Positions 31,037-40,043 of a DNA stretch of 64,000 nucleotides are shown here, one piece after another; positions within the stretch are counted from its first letter, which is position 1, and the number at the start of each line of letters is the position of its first letter. The DNA comes from a virus. Location of the stretch: the IMG/VR virus record IMGVR_UViG_3300025030_000004, positions 64,001-128,000 of that record. One strand, given 5' to 3'. Under the pieces are notes generated by a model that searched no databases, was not told where the DNA came from, and saw only the letters and a program-made list of their open reading frames with translations. The translations under genes were made by a program, and so were the position numbers.

Positions 31037-31100
31037 ACTAGCAAGAAGATGTGCGAGTTACATCTAATAACAGATGATCAGTCTGCTGTCTCTTGCTAGT
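31037..31100 (-). ncRNA. Leader element L4
   Basis: Stem actagcaaga/tcttgctagt (same as L2); TGATCA loop (31075-31080); agatgt-aactcgc-acatct with loop complementary to gcgagt (31016-31021) and gcgag (30995-30999). Confidence 0.7.
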
Positions 31101-31133
31101 AAAATTTGTATTTAAATAATATATTATTATATA

Positions 31134-31739
31134 TTATTTATATGTTCCCTTGAAATTCACAACGTTCCAAATGGTTACTTGTGAAACCAAATATTTTTCT
31201 GATAATTGTGTTAGAGTAACTATCCCTGTATTGTATTTATTCCTAATTTCTGCTATTTGATTGGTGTCGAATTTTTTCTTTGCTATACTAATATTTTCTT
31301 TGTGTTCTATACTATGTAGTTTGCCTTTCTGTGCATTGCTCATATTTACTCTAACATTTTCTGATCGAGGTCCAGTCATTTTAAGCCTAGTTTCATCAGA
31401 TAAATGTATTCCAGATGTGGTTCCTCCACCAAAACAGATATTATAATAATTATTATCGTTAACCGCATTATGTAAATTAATTAATTCTATTTCTAGATCA
31501 TTTAACTCTTCCTTTGAATAAGCTATTGCAATTATTTCTCTATAAAAGTTTTCTTTCCCGTATTTATTTACTGCTCGTTTTAATAATTTCCCACTGCCAA
31601 TATATTTCTTCCATCGTTCCCTAAACATTTTTTGTCCAATGTATTTCTTTCCATTAATCATATTTGTTGTAATATAAATAAAACCATATGGATCTAAAAT
31701 TTTTACCTCATCAACTTTTTTTACCCTAACATTTTCCAT
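31134..31739 (-). CDS. GIY-YIG endonuclease with NUMOD3 and HTH
   Basis: GFIYITTN..KYIGQK..YIGSG..YYNI; HLSDETRLKM, HSIEHKENIS. Confidence 0.85.
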   Translation of the reverse strand: MENVRVKKVDEVKILDPYGFIYITTNMINGKKYIGQKMFRERWKKYIGSGKLLKRAVNKYGKENFYREIIAIAYSKEELNDLEIELINLHNAVNDNNYYNICFGGGTTSGIHLSDETRLKMTGPRSENVRVNMSNAQKGKLHSIEHKENISIAKKKFDTNQIAEIRNKYNTGIVTLTQLSEKYLVSQVTIWNVVNFKGTYK

Positions 31740-31789
31740 TATAAAATCATCTCTCTTTCTTATTAGCTCTCATTTTTGGGCATATAAAA

Positions 31790-31853
31790 TACTAGTAGGA
31801 TAGGGGAGAGCACCCTTTAATGATGGGTAATTAATCCATCACTCCTACTAGTA
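31790..31853 (-). ncRNA. Leader element L5
   Basis: Stem tactagtagga/tcctactagta; tgatgg-TAATTA loop-ccatca; sense segment gctctc complementary to gagagc (31766-31771). Confidence 0.7.
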
Positions 31854-31995
31854 AAACTTTCAATATTAAATTGGATATAAAACTGTGGATGCGACAGGGT
31901 GTGTTTTGCCACCCACCTATAATTCAAACAAAAGAACCCACCTAAAATAGTGGATTCTTTCCCTTAAATATGCTATAATTTACTTGCACATAATT

Positions 31996-32709
31996 CTAAT
32001 TGGCTTGCTTGAGTAGCAAGTCTTTCTTTTTGCTCTTTTCTAATCTCTTAAATATATACCCCAAACCTCTAGGTGTAACCAACGTCACTGGAATATCCAC
32101 AATTTTTCCTTCAATAATTTTAGTCTTAATTACCACAACAAAATATCCATTCTCGACAAATTGTTGATAAGGCATATTATGCTTTTCTTTACCTGACATT
32201 AAAATACCTTCAGACCTTAGAAACCGAAACAACTTATTTCTACCATTCAACTTTAAGGCTTTTGAAACCATTAACATAGACATACAATTCTCTGCATTAA
32301 TAACTTGTTCATAAAGTTCTAATTTCGGTTTACTTTCTTCTAATTGTCTTTTAACTAATTCAAGTTCATTTTTGCGAATACCTTCAAGTAAGTCCCAAAC
32401 CCAATCCATAAATACATCTGCTTTTGGTTGTCTACTCCAACGACATATTTCATACACACCTTTGGCATTATATAGATATACATCTTGTTTACCACCAAAG
32501 GGTAGGTCAACTTGGGCTATCCTTGAAAACTTATCAATTCTGTCAAAGTTTCTTTCGTGAATTTTCCGTATTGCATTTGATGGATTGATATATTCTAAGG
32601 CTCTACCAATTTGCTCTCTCGTTGTAAAAATTTCATCATTTGAATTCTTCCAAAAATCACATTCAATACCTTGGAAATTTTCTGACTTGAACAATACTAA
32701 ATCACTCAT
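31996..32709 (-). CDS. Antirepressor (BRO-like N-terminus plus KilAC/ANT)
   Basis: TREQIGRALEY..GVYEICRWSRQPKADVF; GRNKLFRFLR..NMPYQ..VTPRG; RBS ggtgag gives ATG at 32709. Confidence 0.85.
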   Translation of the reverse strand: MSDLVLFKSENFQGIECDFWKNSNDEIFTTREQIGRALEYINPSNAIRKIHERNFDRIDKFSRIAQVDLPFGGKQDVYLYNAKGVYEICRWSRQPKADVFMDWVWDLLEGIRKNELELVKRQLEESKPKLELYEQVINAENCMSMLMVSKALKLNGRNKLFRFLRSEGILMSGKEKHNMPYQQFVENGYFVVVIKTKIIEGKIVDIPVTLVTPRGLGYIFKRLEKSKKKDLLLKQAN

Positions 32710-33184
32710 CTGTCTCACCATCCTCACAACCAAGGATTTCTGCGAGACAATCATCACACAAACTTAAATCAAGTTTTTCTCCGTCAAATCTGCTTAAATA
32801 ACCACCATGACCACTAACACTCCATATTTGTTCCATCGCATTCGTATTAATTACCTTCTGGCATTTACAACATCTGATTTTCTTTTCATCCAAACAAAAA
32901 TCAATACGCCCATCTTTTAACAAGATACTGAAAACAGAATCGAATATTGAATCACTTTTCATATAAAGTATTTTTTCAATATCTGCTTTAGTAATATGAA
33001 GCTCTTGTGGAATATCTTTTTCTGTATCATAAAACATAATAGTATTATCATTTCCATTCATATCAAATGAAAACTTTCGATAAGTGTTTTCTGACCATAT
33101 TGGTGAAATTCCAACCGAAACTCGTTTATAAATATAATCCTCTAATAAACTTCCCATCTCTTGATAATTGATTTCTTGATACAT
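32702..33184 (-). CDS. Hypothetical protein with C-terminal Zn finger
   Basis: CCKC...SRFDGEKLDLSLCDDC. Confidence 0.6.
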   Translation of the reverse strand: MYQEINYQEMGSLLEDYIYKRVSVGISPIWSENTYRKFSFDMNGNDNTIMFYDTEKDIPQELHITKADIEKILYMKSDSIFDSVFSILLKDGRIDFCLDEKKIRCCKCQKVINTNAMEQIWSVSGHGGYLSRFDGEKLDLSLCDDCLAEILGCEDGETDE

Positions 33185-33208
33185 AAAAACATCCCCTTAC
33201 TAATTTTG

Positions 33209-33267
33209 TTAAGGTAATTTCCTTTACCTTACAATATTAGTATAGAAGATGTTGTAGTGATACGCAA
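33209..33267 (-). promoter_or_regulatory. sigmaA promoter plus downstream palindromic operator
   Basis: TTGCGT-17-TATACT (minus strand), then taaggtaa-aggaaa-ttacctta. Confidence 0.55.
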
Positions 33268-33314
33268 AGGTACTATAGACCAATGAGAAGTCAAATAAAG
33301 CCATATCATAGCAT

Positions 33315-33563
33315 TTAGCTATCATTATCTTGATCTTGCTCAATGATATACAATATCTCTTTGTATTCCTTTTTATTAACAAGATTCTCTAATTCTATCT
33401 TACAAAAATCTGATAGGGTTCTTTTATGATATTTTGCTAATATCTCTAATTTCTTTTTTAATTCAGCCCCAACTATGACACCTATTTGATCACTTCTCTT
33501 TTTACCTGTAGTTTGATTTACTTTATTAAACCTTGGCATACCATCATTCCCTTCTCCAACCAT
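33315..33563 (-). CDS. Small ribbon-helix-helix-type regulator
   Basis: QIGVIVGAELKKKLEILAKYHKRTLSDFCKIEL. Confidence 0.6.
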   Translation of the reverse strand: MVGEGNDGMPRFNKVNQTTGKKRSDQIGVIVGAELKKKLEILAKYHKRTLSDFCKIELENLVNKKEYKEILYIIEQDQDNDS

Positions 33564-33634
33564 TATACCAGAAAATCATATGCAAGATACATATGTATTG
33601 AGATAGAAGAGAAGTCTTAACCTTTGTATTAATT

Positions 33635-33766
33635 ATATTACACTACTTACTCACATATGTCAAATTAATTATTTTTAGTTTGTGTAAGATAAAGAGAACT
33701 GTATTGCATCTGACACTCACAATTAATTATATTCAGTTTGACTTTGAATTGAGCCTGTTATATAAT
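33635..33766. promoter_or_regulatory. Divergent sigmaA promoters
   Basis: Minus TTGACA(33663-58)-17-TAATAT; plus TTGACT(33738)-17-TATAAT(33761). Confidence 0.6.
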
Positions 33767-33943
33767 GGTATTATCAAAATAGGGAAGGAGTGTGTGATGG
33801 AATGAATATGATAAGAGATGAGACTTAAATAGGTCGCATGAAGGTGGTGTCGAGGTAGACATTACCTTAAAGAAGTGTAAAAATTTTAACACCCTTAGTA
33901 AATAAAATATAATAAATAAACGAAAGAAGGAAATTAAACTTAT

Positions 33944-34741
33944 ATGTTAAATGAACTACAAGTCTTCAATAATGAATTATTTGGTCAAGTAAGAATAATA
34001 TCCCTTGAAGAAAAAGAATATTTTGTTGCCAAGGATATCGCAAACGCACTAGGTTACAGTAATCCAAGGGATGCTATTATTAGGCATTGTAAGGGTGTCG
34101 TGAAACACGACAGCTTTAAAGAGGGTGGAAATACGATATCTCTAATATTAGAGGGTGATGTTTATAGATTGATAGCAAGATCAAAACTTCCAAAAGCAAT
34201 CGAATTCGAATCATGGATATTTGATGAAGTTCTTCCAACAATCCGCAAACATGGTGCTTACATGTCGGAAGAAGTAATTGAGAAAACCCTTACCGATCCC
34301 GATTTTATTATCCAATTGGCAAATCAACTTAAAGACGAAAAACAAAAACGAATGATTGTTGAACAGCAACTTAAAGAAGCACAACCAAAACTAGATAAAT
34401 ATGGAGTGTTTCTTGATACTGAAGGTACATACACATTTGAACAAACCTCTAAGATGATTAGTACAAGAAGCGAAGAGGAGGGAAGTAGAATCAAAGTCAA
34501 TAAGAAATCATTAACCAGTATTCTTAGAGATTATGGAATTCTTAGTAAAAATAAGACTAATGGAAGATATAGAAATCTGCCAAATGTAGGATACGAGAAC
34601 TATTTTAATATTTGTCATGAAATTGTTGATAATAGAGACGATATTGATTCCGAGCAAACAAGAGTAAAGACGGTTGGGATTGATTATATTTATGATTTGC
34701 TGTTGGAGAGTAAGGAAAAGGGATTAGTTGTTTTTGGTTGA
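33944..34741 (+). CDS. BRO-N / KilAC antirepressor
   Basis: FVAKDIANALGYSNPRDAI..EGDVYRLIARSKLPKA..WIFDEVLPTIRKHGAY..DPDFII. Confidence 0.9.
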   Translation: MLNELQVFNNELFGQVRIISLEEKEYFVAKDIANALGYSNPRDAIIRHCKGVVKHDSFKEGGNTISLILEGDVYRLIARSKLPKAIEFESWIFDEVLPTIRKHGAYMSEEVIEKTLTDPDFIIQLANQLKDEKQKRMIVEQQLKEAQPKLDKYGVFLDTEGTYTFEQTSKMISTRSEEEGSRIKVNKKSLTSILRDYGILSKNKTNGRYRNLPNVGYENYFNICHEIVDNRDDIDSEQTRVKTVGIDYIYDLLLESKEKGLVVFG

Positions 34742-34790
34742 TTAGCTGTAATGAGTGAGAAATAATAAATTATAGGTCAATAATATTTTT

Positions 34791-34822
34791 AGAGACTTCA
34801 GTGGTTTGAAGTCTCTTTTTTT
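34791..34822. terminator. Bidirectional terminator
   Basis: agagacttca-gtggtt-tgaagtctct plus T-run. Confidence 0.8.
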
Positions 34823-34844
34823 AAAATAGAATGAGATTTCTATG

Positions 34845-35906
34845 TTATTCTTCTACAATATCTTCTTCCAACTTTTGTTGCTTTTCTTTTTCTTTATCTA
34901 TCTTTAATTGTTTTAGCTCATTAATTTTATCTCTAAGCTCAGATTTAGATTTAGGTTTAACATAAATAAGCGTGGTATCTGTAGATTTATGTCCGGCATG
35001 CTGTTTTGCCAACTCAATATCATTAGACAATTGCATGATATTATTTATAGAAGTCTTTCTGAAACAATGCATATGAAAATCTTCAATGCCAACTAATTTA
35101 CCAATTTTCTTTGCCCTATCTTGTAAAGTGCCATAAGTCATTGGATGAAGTTCCCCATTAAATTTAGTCATAAATAAAGAATCAACTTCAAGATTATCTA
35201 ATTCTTTTCTCATTTCTAACCATTGTACTATATAATCTTTACATTTCTGATCGAATACTACTTCAACTCGCTTCCCACGTTTCTCTCTAATATCAGTAAA
35301 CATCATATTATCTAAATCCATAGATGATAATGTAAGTTTAGAAATAGCTCCAACACGGTTAGCACTATCAATAGCAAGATGAAATAATATTCTATCTTGT
35401 ATATCGTACTTGGGATTTTCGTCAAGTTCCTTTGAAATTTTCTCTATTTGTTCCTCTGTTAAAAAATAATCCTTAGTAATGCGTTCATCACTCGCACCTT
35501 TCATTCGCTCAATTTTATCTTTAAATGGATGATATTCTATGAGCTTCCGCTTAACTGACCACCCATAAAAAGAAGATACAGCAGAAACTTTTGTATTAAT
35601 TACTTTTTTATTATTTTGTAATGTGTCTTGGCAAAATACCATAAATCCTTCCATAATATCAATTGCATTTTCAAAGAATTCTTTGTCATATAAATTAACG
35701 TTATTCCACTCTTCGGCGAGATACACTAGGAATTGTTGCATAAAATTTTGATAAGTTTTATATGTAGTTTCTTCTACTTCTTTATTTTTAAGTATGCTTG
35801 ATTTAAGGTATTTATTATAAAGAGCAATATTCTCAGGATTTATAAGTTTGATCTTGTCTTCAGTAAAGTATTTTATACGAACTACTTTTGCCATTTTTGG
35901 AATCAC
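34845..35906 (-). CDS. Tyrosine recombinase embedded in the late operon
   Basis: SANRVGA, REKRGK, HMHCFRKT, AGHKSTDTTLIY. Confidence 0.85.
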   Translation of the reverse strand: MIPKMAKVVRIKYFTEDKIKLINPENIALYNKYLKSSILKNKEVEETTYKTYQNFMQQFLVYLAEEWNNVNLYDKEFFENAIDIMEGFMVFCQDTLQNNKKVINTKVSAVSSFYGWSVKRKLIEYHPFKDKIERMKGASDERITKDYFLTEEQIEKISKELDENPKYDIQDRILFHLAIDSANRVGAISKLTLSSMDLDNMMFTDIREKRGKRVEVVFDQKCKDYIVQWLEMRKELDNLEVDSLFMTKFNGELHPMTYGTLQDRAKKIGKLVGIEDFHMHCFRKTSINNIMQLSNDIELAKQHAGHKSTDTTLIYVKPKSKSELRDKINELKQLKIDKEKEKQQKLEEDIVEE

Positions 35907-35920
35907 ATCCTTTATATTAA

Positions 35921-36388
35921 TTAATTATTGCTTTTAACACTATTTTTCGCTTTCTTGCGTTCTTTCCTCAACCTTTCTAGTTCTGAGTATTCTAACCATC
36001 CTCCATCTTGGATACTTCTCCCAACCCATCTATAATCAATATCTGGATATCTGTAATGGAATAGTTTCTTTTTAAGTTTTGCTGTTGCATCTGCTTGACC
36101 CTTGACATCCCAAACAATTACTGAGTCATCTTTATATGTAAGAACATAATCAGCAATATAATTGATTGCTAATATATTTTTATCATTGTATTTAAATTTT
36201 GGTTGTAATTCGTATTTTACTTGTCTTTTATAGCCTATAATAGTACCGTCTTCTAAACCGACTTCAATTACTTCTTTAAAAAATTTTAGCTCAAGTTCAG
36301 AATCATACTGAACCCCTTTATATGTACGCTTGAGTTTTCCTGTTTCAGATAAGTCTACATGAAACTTCGAATATTTTTTCTTTGCTAT
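35921..36388 (-). CDS. DUF1064-like PD-(D/E)XK nuclease with ATA start (missed by ORF track)
   Basis: 155-aa open frame: GVQYDSELE..RQVKYELQPKF..YIADYV..DVKG..KLKKKLF; RBS ggagtg upstream of ATA. Confidence 0.75.
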   Translation of the reverse strand: MAKKKYSKFHVDLSETGKLKRTYKGVQYDSELELKFFKEVIEVGLEDGTIIGYKRQVKYELQPKFKYNDKNILAINYIADYVLTYKDDSVIVWDVKGQADATAKLKKKLFHYRYPDIDYRWVGRSIQDGGWLEYSELERLRKERKKAKNSVKSNN

Positions 36389-36628
36389 TTCTATTCACTC
36401 CATATCACAAATAAGGTACGTCAAATTAATGACGCACCTTATTGTTAAATTATTATTTATTTGAATAGACGTTTATGTCTATAATTTTCATTTGAAAGCT
36501 AACTTTTATTGGATTTAAGAGGGCGGGGAGAGGTAAGAAGATGAAGATATAAATTAGAAAAAATAAGGAGAAGACAAGATGGATTTTTATGTCCATTCCA
36601 TCTTCTCCTTTAATTGTTTGTGGATTAA

Positions 36629-36874
36629 TTATTTCTTTTCTAATTTAATTTCTTCAACCTTAATATCTTCCTTCAACAATTCATCCCAACTACCATCAAT
36701 TGGAATAAATAATTGAATTAATACATCATACTTAATCTCTATCTTCTTTTCTCCATCATCGATATAAAATTTTTTGCCATCCAAACCAATTGTATAAATT
36801 GCATCCATTTTAATTTCAAATGGAGGAGAAGCAGGATGGAGGTATTGAATTTTTACATCTTTTAATTTATCCAC
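36629..36874 (-). CDS. Hypothetical protein
   Basis: ORF with RBS gaggt. Confidence 0.55.
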   Translation of the reverse strand: MDKLKDVKIQYLHPASPPFEIKMDAIYTIGLDGKKFYIDDGEKKIEIKYDVLIQLFIPIDGSWDELLKEDIKVEEIKLEKK

Positions 36875-36909
36875 TCATATTACCTCAATCTATAATTATT
36901 TTATATTAA

Positions 36910-37704
36910 TTAGATACTTTCACCAAGAACTGTAGTTTCAAAGAATACCTTGTCATTTCCTACAGTTACAGGGAATAAATCATACTCAAATGGAACTTCT
37001 GTTGCTTTATCACTAGCAAATGTCCACTCAAAACTTGGTTTAACTTTAGCTTTTTTAATATCAAATTTAACTGGATATGTAAGTCCATCAGATTCATCTA
37101 CAGCCAAAGCATCTCCTGTAATACGGACATATCCGGGGAAATTATTTGCTGTGATAGTCATCTTTTTTGCTAATGCGGTTGAAGTATAATCATAAACACA
37201 AAGGAATTTAGTTCCAATAGCACCAGTTGTGGCGTTAAGAGTAACTGTAGCAGTGGCAATCGTATATTGATCTGGAGTTGTACCTGGAGTACCAACAGTT
37301 TGCTCAGTAGAAATATCTCTATTGTTCAATAATTTATAGATTTTTAGGCTTCCGGTTATAGGTGTAGATGAAAGAGTCATAGTTCCGGCAACTGTGATAG
37401 TAATTACTTCTCTTTTTGGAATTTGAGTTGCTCCTGTGGTCAACGCTTTGCCTGTCATACTAGCCAAAGCAGAAGTATCAAGCAATGGTAAAGTTGCTTT
37501 AAATGTTGCATCTTTAGTGTGATCCATACTCAAGAGTTTATAATTTCCCTGACCACCTCGGATATCAAGTCTTTCAGCACTTGTAGAAACGGCAGAATCT
37601 TTAGCATAATCGACAAAAAATTTAACTGCTCCACCAACACCCGTAGAACTATAATCTTGTACTGTAAAATTTAAAACTTCTTTAAAAGCAAAAGAATTTG
37701 ACAT
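36910..37704 (-). CDS. Major tail (tube) protein
   Basis: DIRGGQGN, YVRITGDAL..KFDIKKAKVK; strong RBS; synteny. Confidence 0.7.
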   Translation of the reverse strand: MSNSFAFKEVLNFTVQDYSSTGVGGAVKFFVDYAKDSAVSTSAERLDIRGGQGNYKLLSMDHTKDATFKATLPLLDTSALASMTGKALTTGATQIPKREVITITVAGTMTLSSTPITGSLKIYKLLNNRDISTEQTVGTPGTTPDQYTIATATVTLNATTGAIGTKFLCVYDYTSTALAKKMTITANNFPGYVRITGDALAVDESDGLTYPVKFDIKKAKVKPSFEWTFASDKATEVPFEYDLFPVTVGNDKVFFETTVLGESI

Positions 37705-37716
37705 TTAATTACCTCC

Positions 37717-38463
37717 TTAAATTAATTTTATTTTACTAAACCAGTTTTCTAGTTTAATATCCTCTTGTTTTGCTCCATGTAGCAAACTTTGTATGTTAAT
37801 CTCAAACTTATCAATCATATTAAGTCTTTTAAACTGATCTAATGTTTGATAAACAGTTAAATTTCCGATATTTAATGGATTAATGCTATTATGTTTTGCG
37901 CTTACAGACGATAGAATATCAGAATAATCATATATCTGAACATCGTTTTTACTCTTATTATATTTTTCTCTCATCTCTTTTAATTTTTTTGCCATCTGTT
38001 CAGCAACAGAATTTGCAAATTTCTCAGGTTCTTCTGTTTGTATTCCATTTTGTTTTCTTAAGATGAATTTTATGTATTCGTAATTATCTTGGTAAATAAA
38101 TTTCTCATTTATTAAATCACCGACAAAGAAACATAATAATTGTTCAGAAAATATTATTTCTTGCTTAAAGAAAGTTGATAGTGCCTCTAGTATTAACTGC
38201 CTAGCTTGCAAATCATGATAACTTGCAGAAATTAAATATTCAAATGTAGATATTTCTTTATCTTTAAAAGAATCTTCTATCATTTGACTTATATGTTCTT
38301 TTTCTAAGCAGAGAATACTTAAATACTGGTTGTATTTACTGAATTTTATTTTTTTTATCTCTTTATTTGTAAGACAATATAACTTACCTACATTTGGTAT
38401 TTCAATATAATTGTCTAAAAATAATTCTATGTTTAAATCTAACTCACTGAGATTTTCAAGCAT
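37717..38463 (-). CDS. Tail-region structural/assembly protein
   Basis: Synteny; LTVYQTLDQFKRL..LLHGA. Confidence 0.5.
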   Translation of the reverse strand: MLENLSELDLNIELFLDNYIEIPNVGKLYCLTNKEIKKIKFSKYNQYLSILCLEKEHISQMIEDSFKDKEISTFEYLISASYHDLQARQLILEALSTFFKQEIIFSEQLLCFFVGDLINEKFIYQDNYEYIKFILRKQNGIQTEEPEKFANSVAEQMAKKLKEMREKYNKSKNDVQIYDYSDILSSVSAKHNSINPLNIGNLTVYQTLDQFKRLNMIDKFEINIQSLLHGAKQEDIKLENWFSKIKLI

Positions 38464-38471
38464 ATAATCAC

Positions 38472-38948
38472 CTACTGGAACTCAGTTGTTTTATAAGCAA
38501 GATATACGCCACTATAATTTTCATTAACTATAAATTCATCCATATCGTAGAATGGTAGTTTACCTAGACCGATTCCTCTTGTGGAATTAAATGATTCATC
38601 AATATAATTTAAAAGCATATCATAACGCAACGATCCATAGGAAGTAGTAAGTAATGAATTATGTGTTATAATGTAAAAATAAATAGAACCATTTTTAAAA
38701 GTCGTTCCGTCAGGTTTATACCCAAATTTCATTGTTATGAATGTTTTTGCTTCTGTTTGAACCGTGGGGACAAAGCGGTATGGAAAAATATGTGAATAGA
38801 TCAAAGATGTTGGAACAAAATCAGTTGGAATCTGCACATCTAAGAAGTTCGATTCATTATTTATAAGGCATTTAATTATTCTTTCGTCCTCAATTAATTT
38901 CATTAAAATAGTTAATTTGTTAGTGCCAAGTTCTGCGAATCTATTCAT
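38472..38948 (-). CDS. Putative tail terminator / neck protein
   Basis: IFPYRFVP..LRYD; synteny. Confidence 0.5.
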   Translation of the reverse strand: MNRFAELGTNKLTILMKLIEDERIIKCLINNESNFLDVQIPTDFVPTSLIYSHIFPYRFVPTVQTEAKTFITMKFGYKPDGTTFKNGSIYFYIITHNSLLTTSYGSLRYDMLLNYIDESFNSTRGIGLGKLPFYDMDEFIVNENYSGVYLAYKTTEFQ

Positions 38949-38985
38949 TTAATAAATATACACCACCTCTAAACAAATTTTATTT

Positions 38986-40005
38986 TTATAAAGCAATAGA
39001 CATCACATCCTCTAAGGACTTCAAATACTCTTCAAGAATCTCCTCAATATTATCAAAATCCCAATACCATATTTCAAGAAAGTTATATCCGTTTAGTAAG
39101 ACATATTCTTTCTTACGTCTGTCGTGTTCAACCTGTCTTTCAAAATCTTTTACTGATTTATGAAAACCTTTAATATACTTTTCATGTTGTTCACCTTGAT
39201 ATTCAATAAGTAGGTTATATTTTTGTAAATAAAAATCGTAAGATAATAAACCTCCACCAAGCCCTGTAAGACTATCAAACGTTTTTTGAGATATGTAAGA
39301 AATACTTTTTAAATCAAAAACTCTTTTACATTCTTTTTCTCCTTTGCTTTTAGAACATTCAGGGCAACCACGACCTAATCCATGTCTGTTTGAGATATCT
39401 GCCTTCCACTCATGATCACATTCTCTACACTTCCACCAAACATTTTTATTACTACCACTTGTAACATCATAAGATGTTAAATCACCATTCTTTGTTGGAT
39501 GCCACTCTTTGGTTAATTCAGGATTTTTAGTTGCTAAACAGTTAGATATACCTACTCTTTCTCCTGCACAATAAGGACAATTATGACCACGATGAATGTG
39601 ATTCCAATTCATAGTAAACGTTTCTTGACATTCCTCTTTTGAACATTTAAATATTAAATCCTTATGTGCATCTATATATTTTTCACTAATTATTTCAAAA
39701 TATTTATTATTTAATTTAAGCCATAATTTAATATTTTGAATAGAGTATGGATTATTTTTATTAACAATATCTGGTTTATGATTTCTAATTAAATTAGTAA
39801 AAATAGTATAATAGTAATAACCATGATTGTCTTTTATAATTAGCTTATCCTTATTGCCATTATAAGTTTCACTTATTAATATATAACCTAAATCTTTAAT
39901 TACTTGTTTGATATAATTATAAGAATGTTTTACATAAAATATTTTACTCTCCTCCTCATTTCTATATTTAGACATAGAAAAAAGAAGGATAGCGGTGTGT
40001 CTCAC
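38986..40005 (-). CDS. Zn-ribbon plus PD-(D/E)XK endonuclease-like protein, paralog of 23417..24568 (true start probably near 39940)
   Basis: Near-identical C-terminal half (NCLATKNPEL.KEWHP..LLSYDFYL..IEYQGEQH..QVEHDRRKKEY). Confidence 0.75.
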   Translation of the reverse strand: MRHTAILLFSMSKYRNEEESKIFYVKHSYNYIKQVIKDLGYILISETYNGNKDKLIIKDNHGYYYYTIFTNLIRNHKPDIVNKNNPYSIQNIKLWLKLNNKYFEIISEKYIDAHKDLIFKCSKEECQETFTMNWNHIHRGHNCPYCAGERVGISNCLATKNPELTKEWHPTKNGDLTSYDVTSGSNKNVWWKCRECDHEWKADISNRHGLGRGCPECSKSKGEKECKRVFDLKSISYISQKTFDSLTGLGGGLLSYDFYLQKYNLLIEYQGEQHEKYIKGFHKSVKDFERQVEHDRRKKEYVLLNGYNFLEIWYWDFDNIEEILEEYLKSLEDVMSIAL

Positions 40006-40022
40006 GACATGACATATCCTCC
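39984..40022 (-). ncRNA. Reduced leader element L6
   Basis: Stem ggaggata/tatccttc plus U-run; tgtc...TCGTGA-gaca hairpin; no clear guide arm. Confidence 0.45.
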
Positions 40023-40043
40023 AAAATTATCGATTATATTTAA

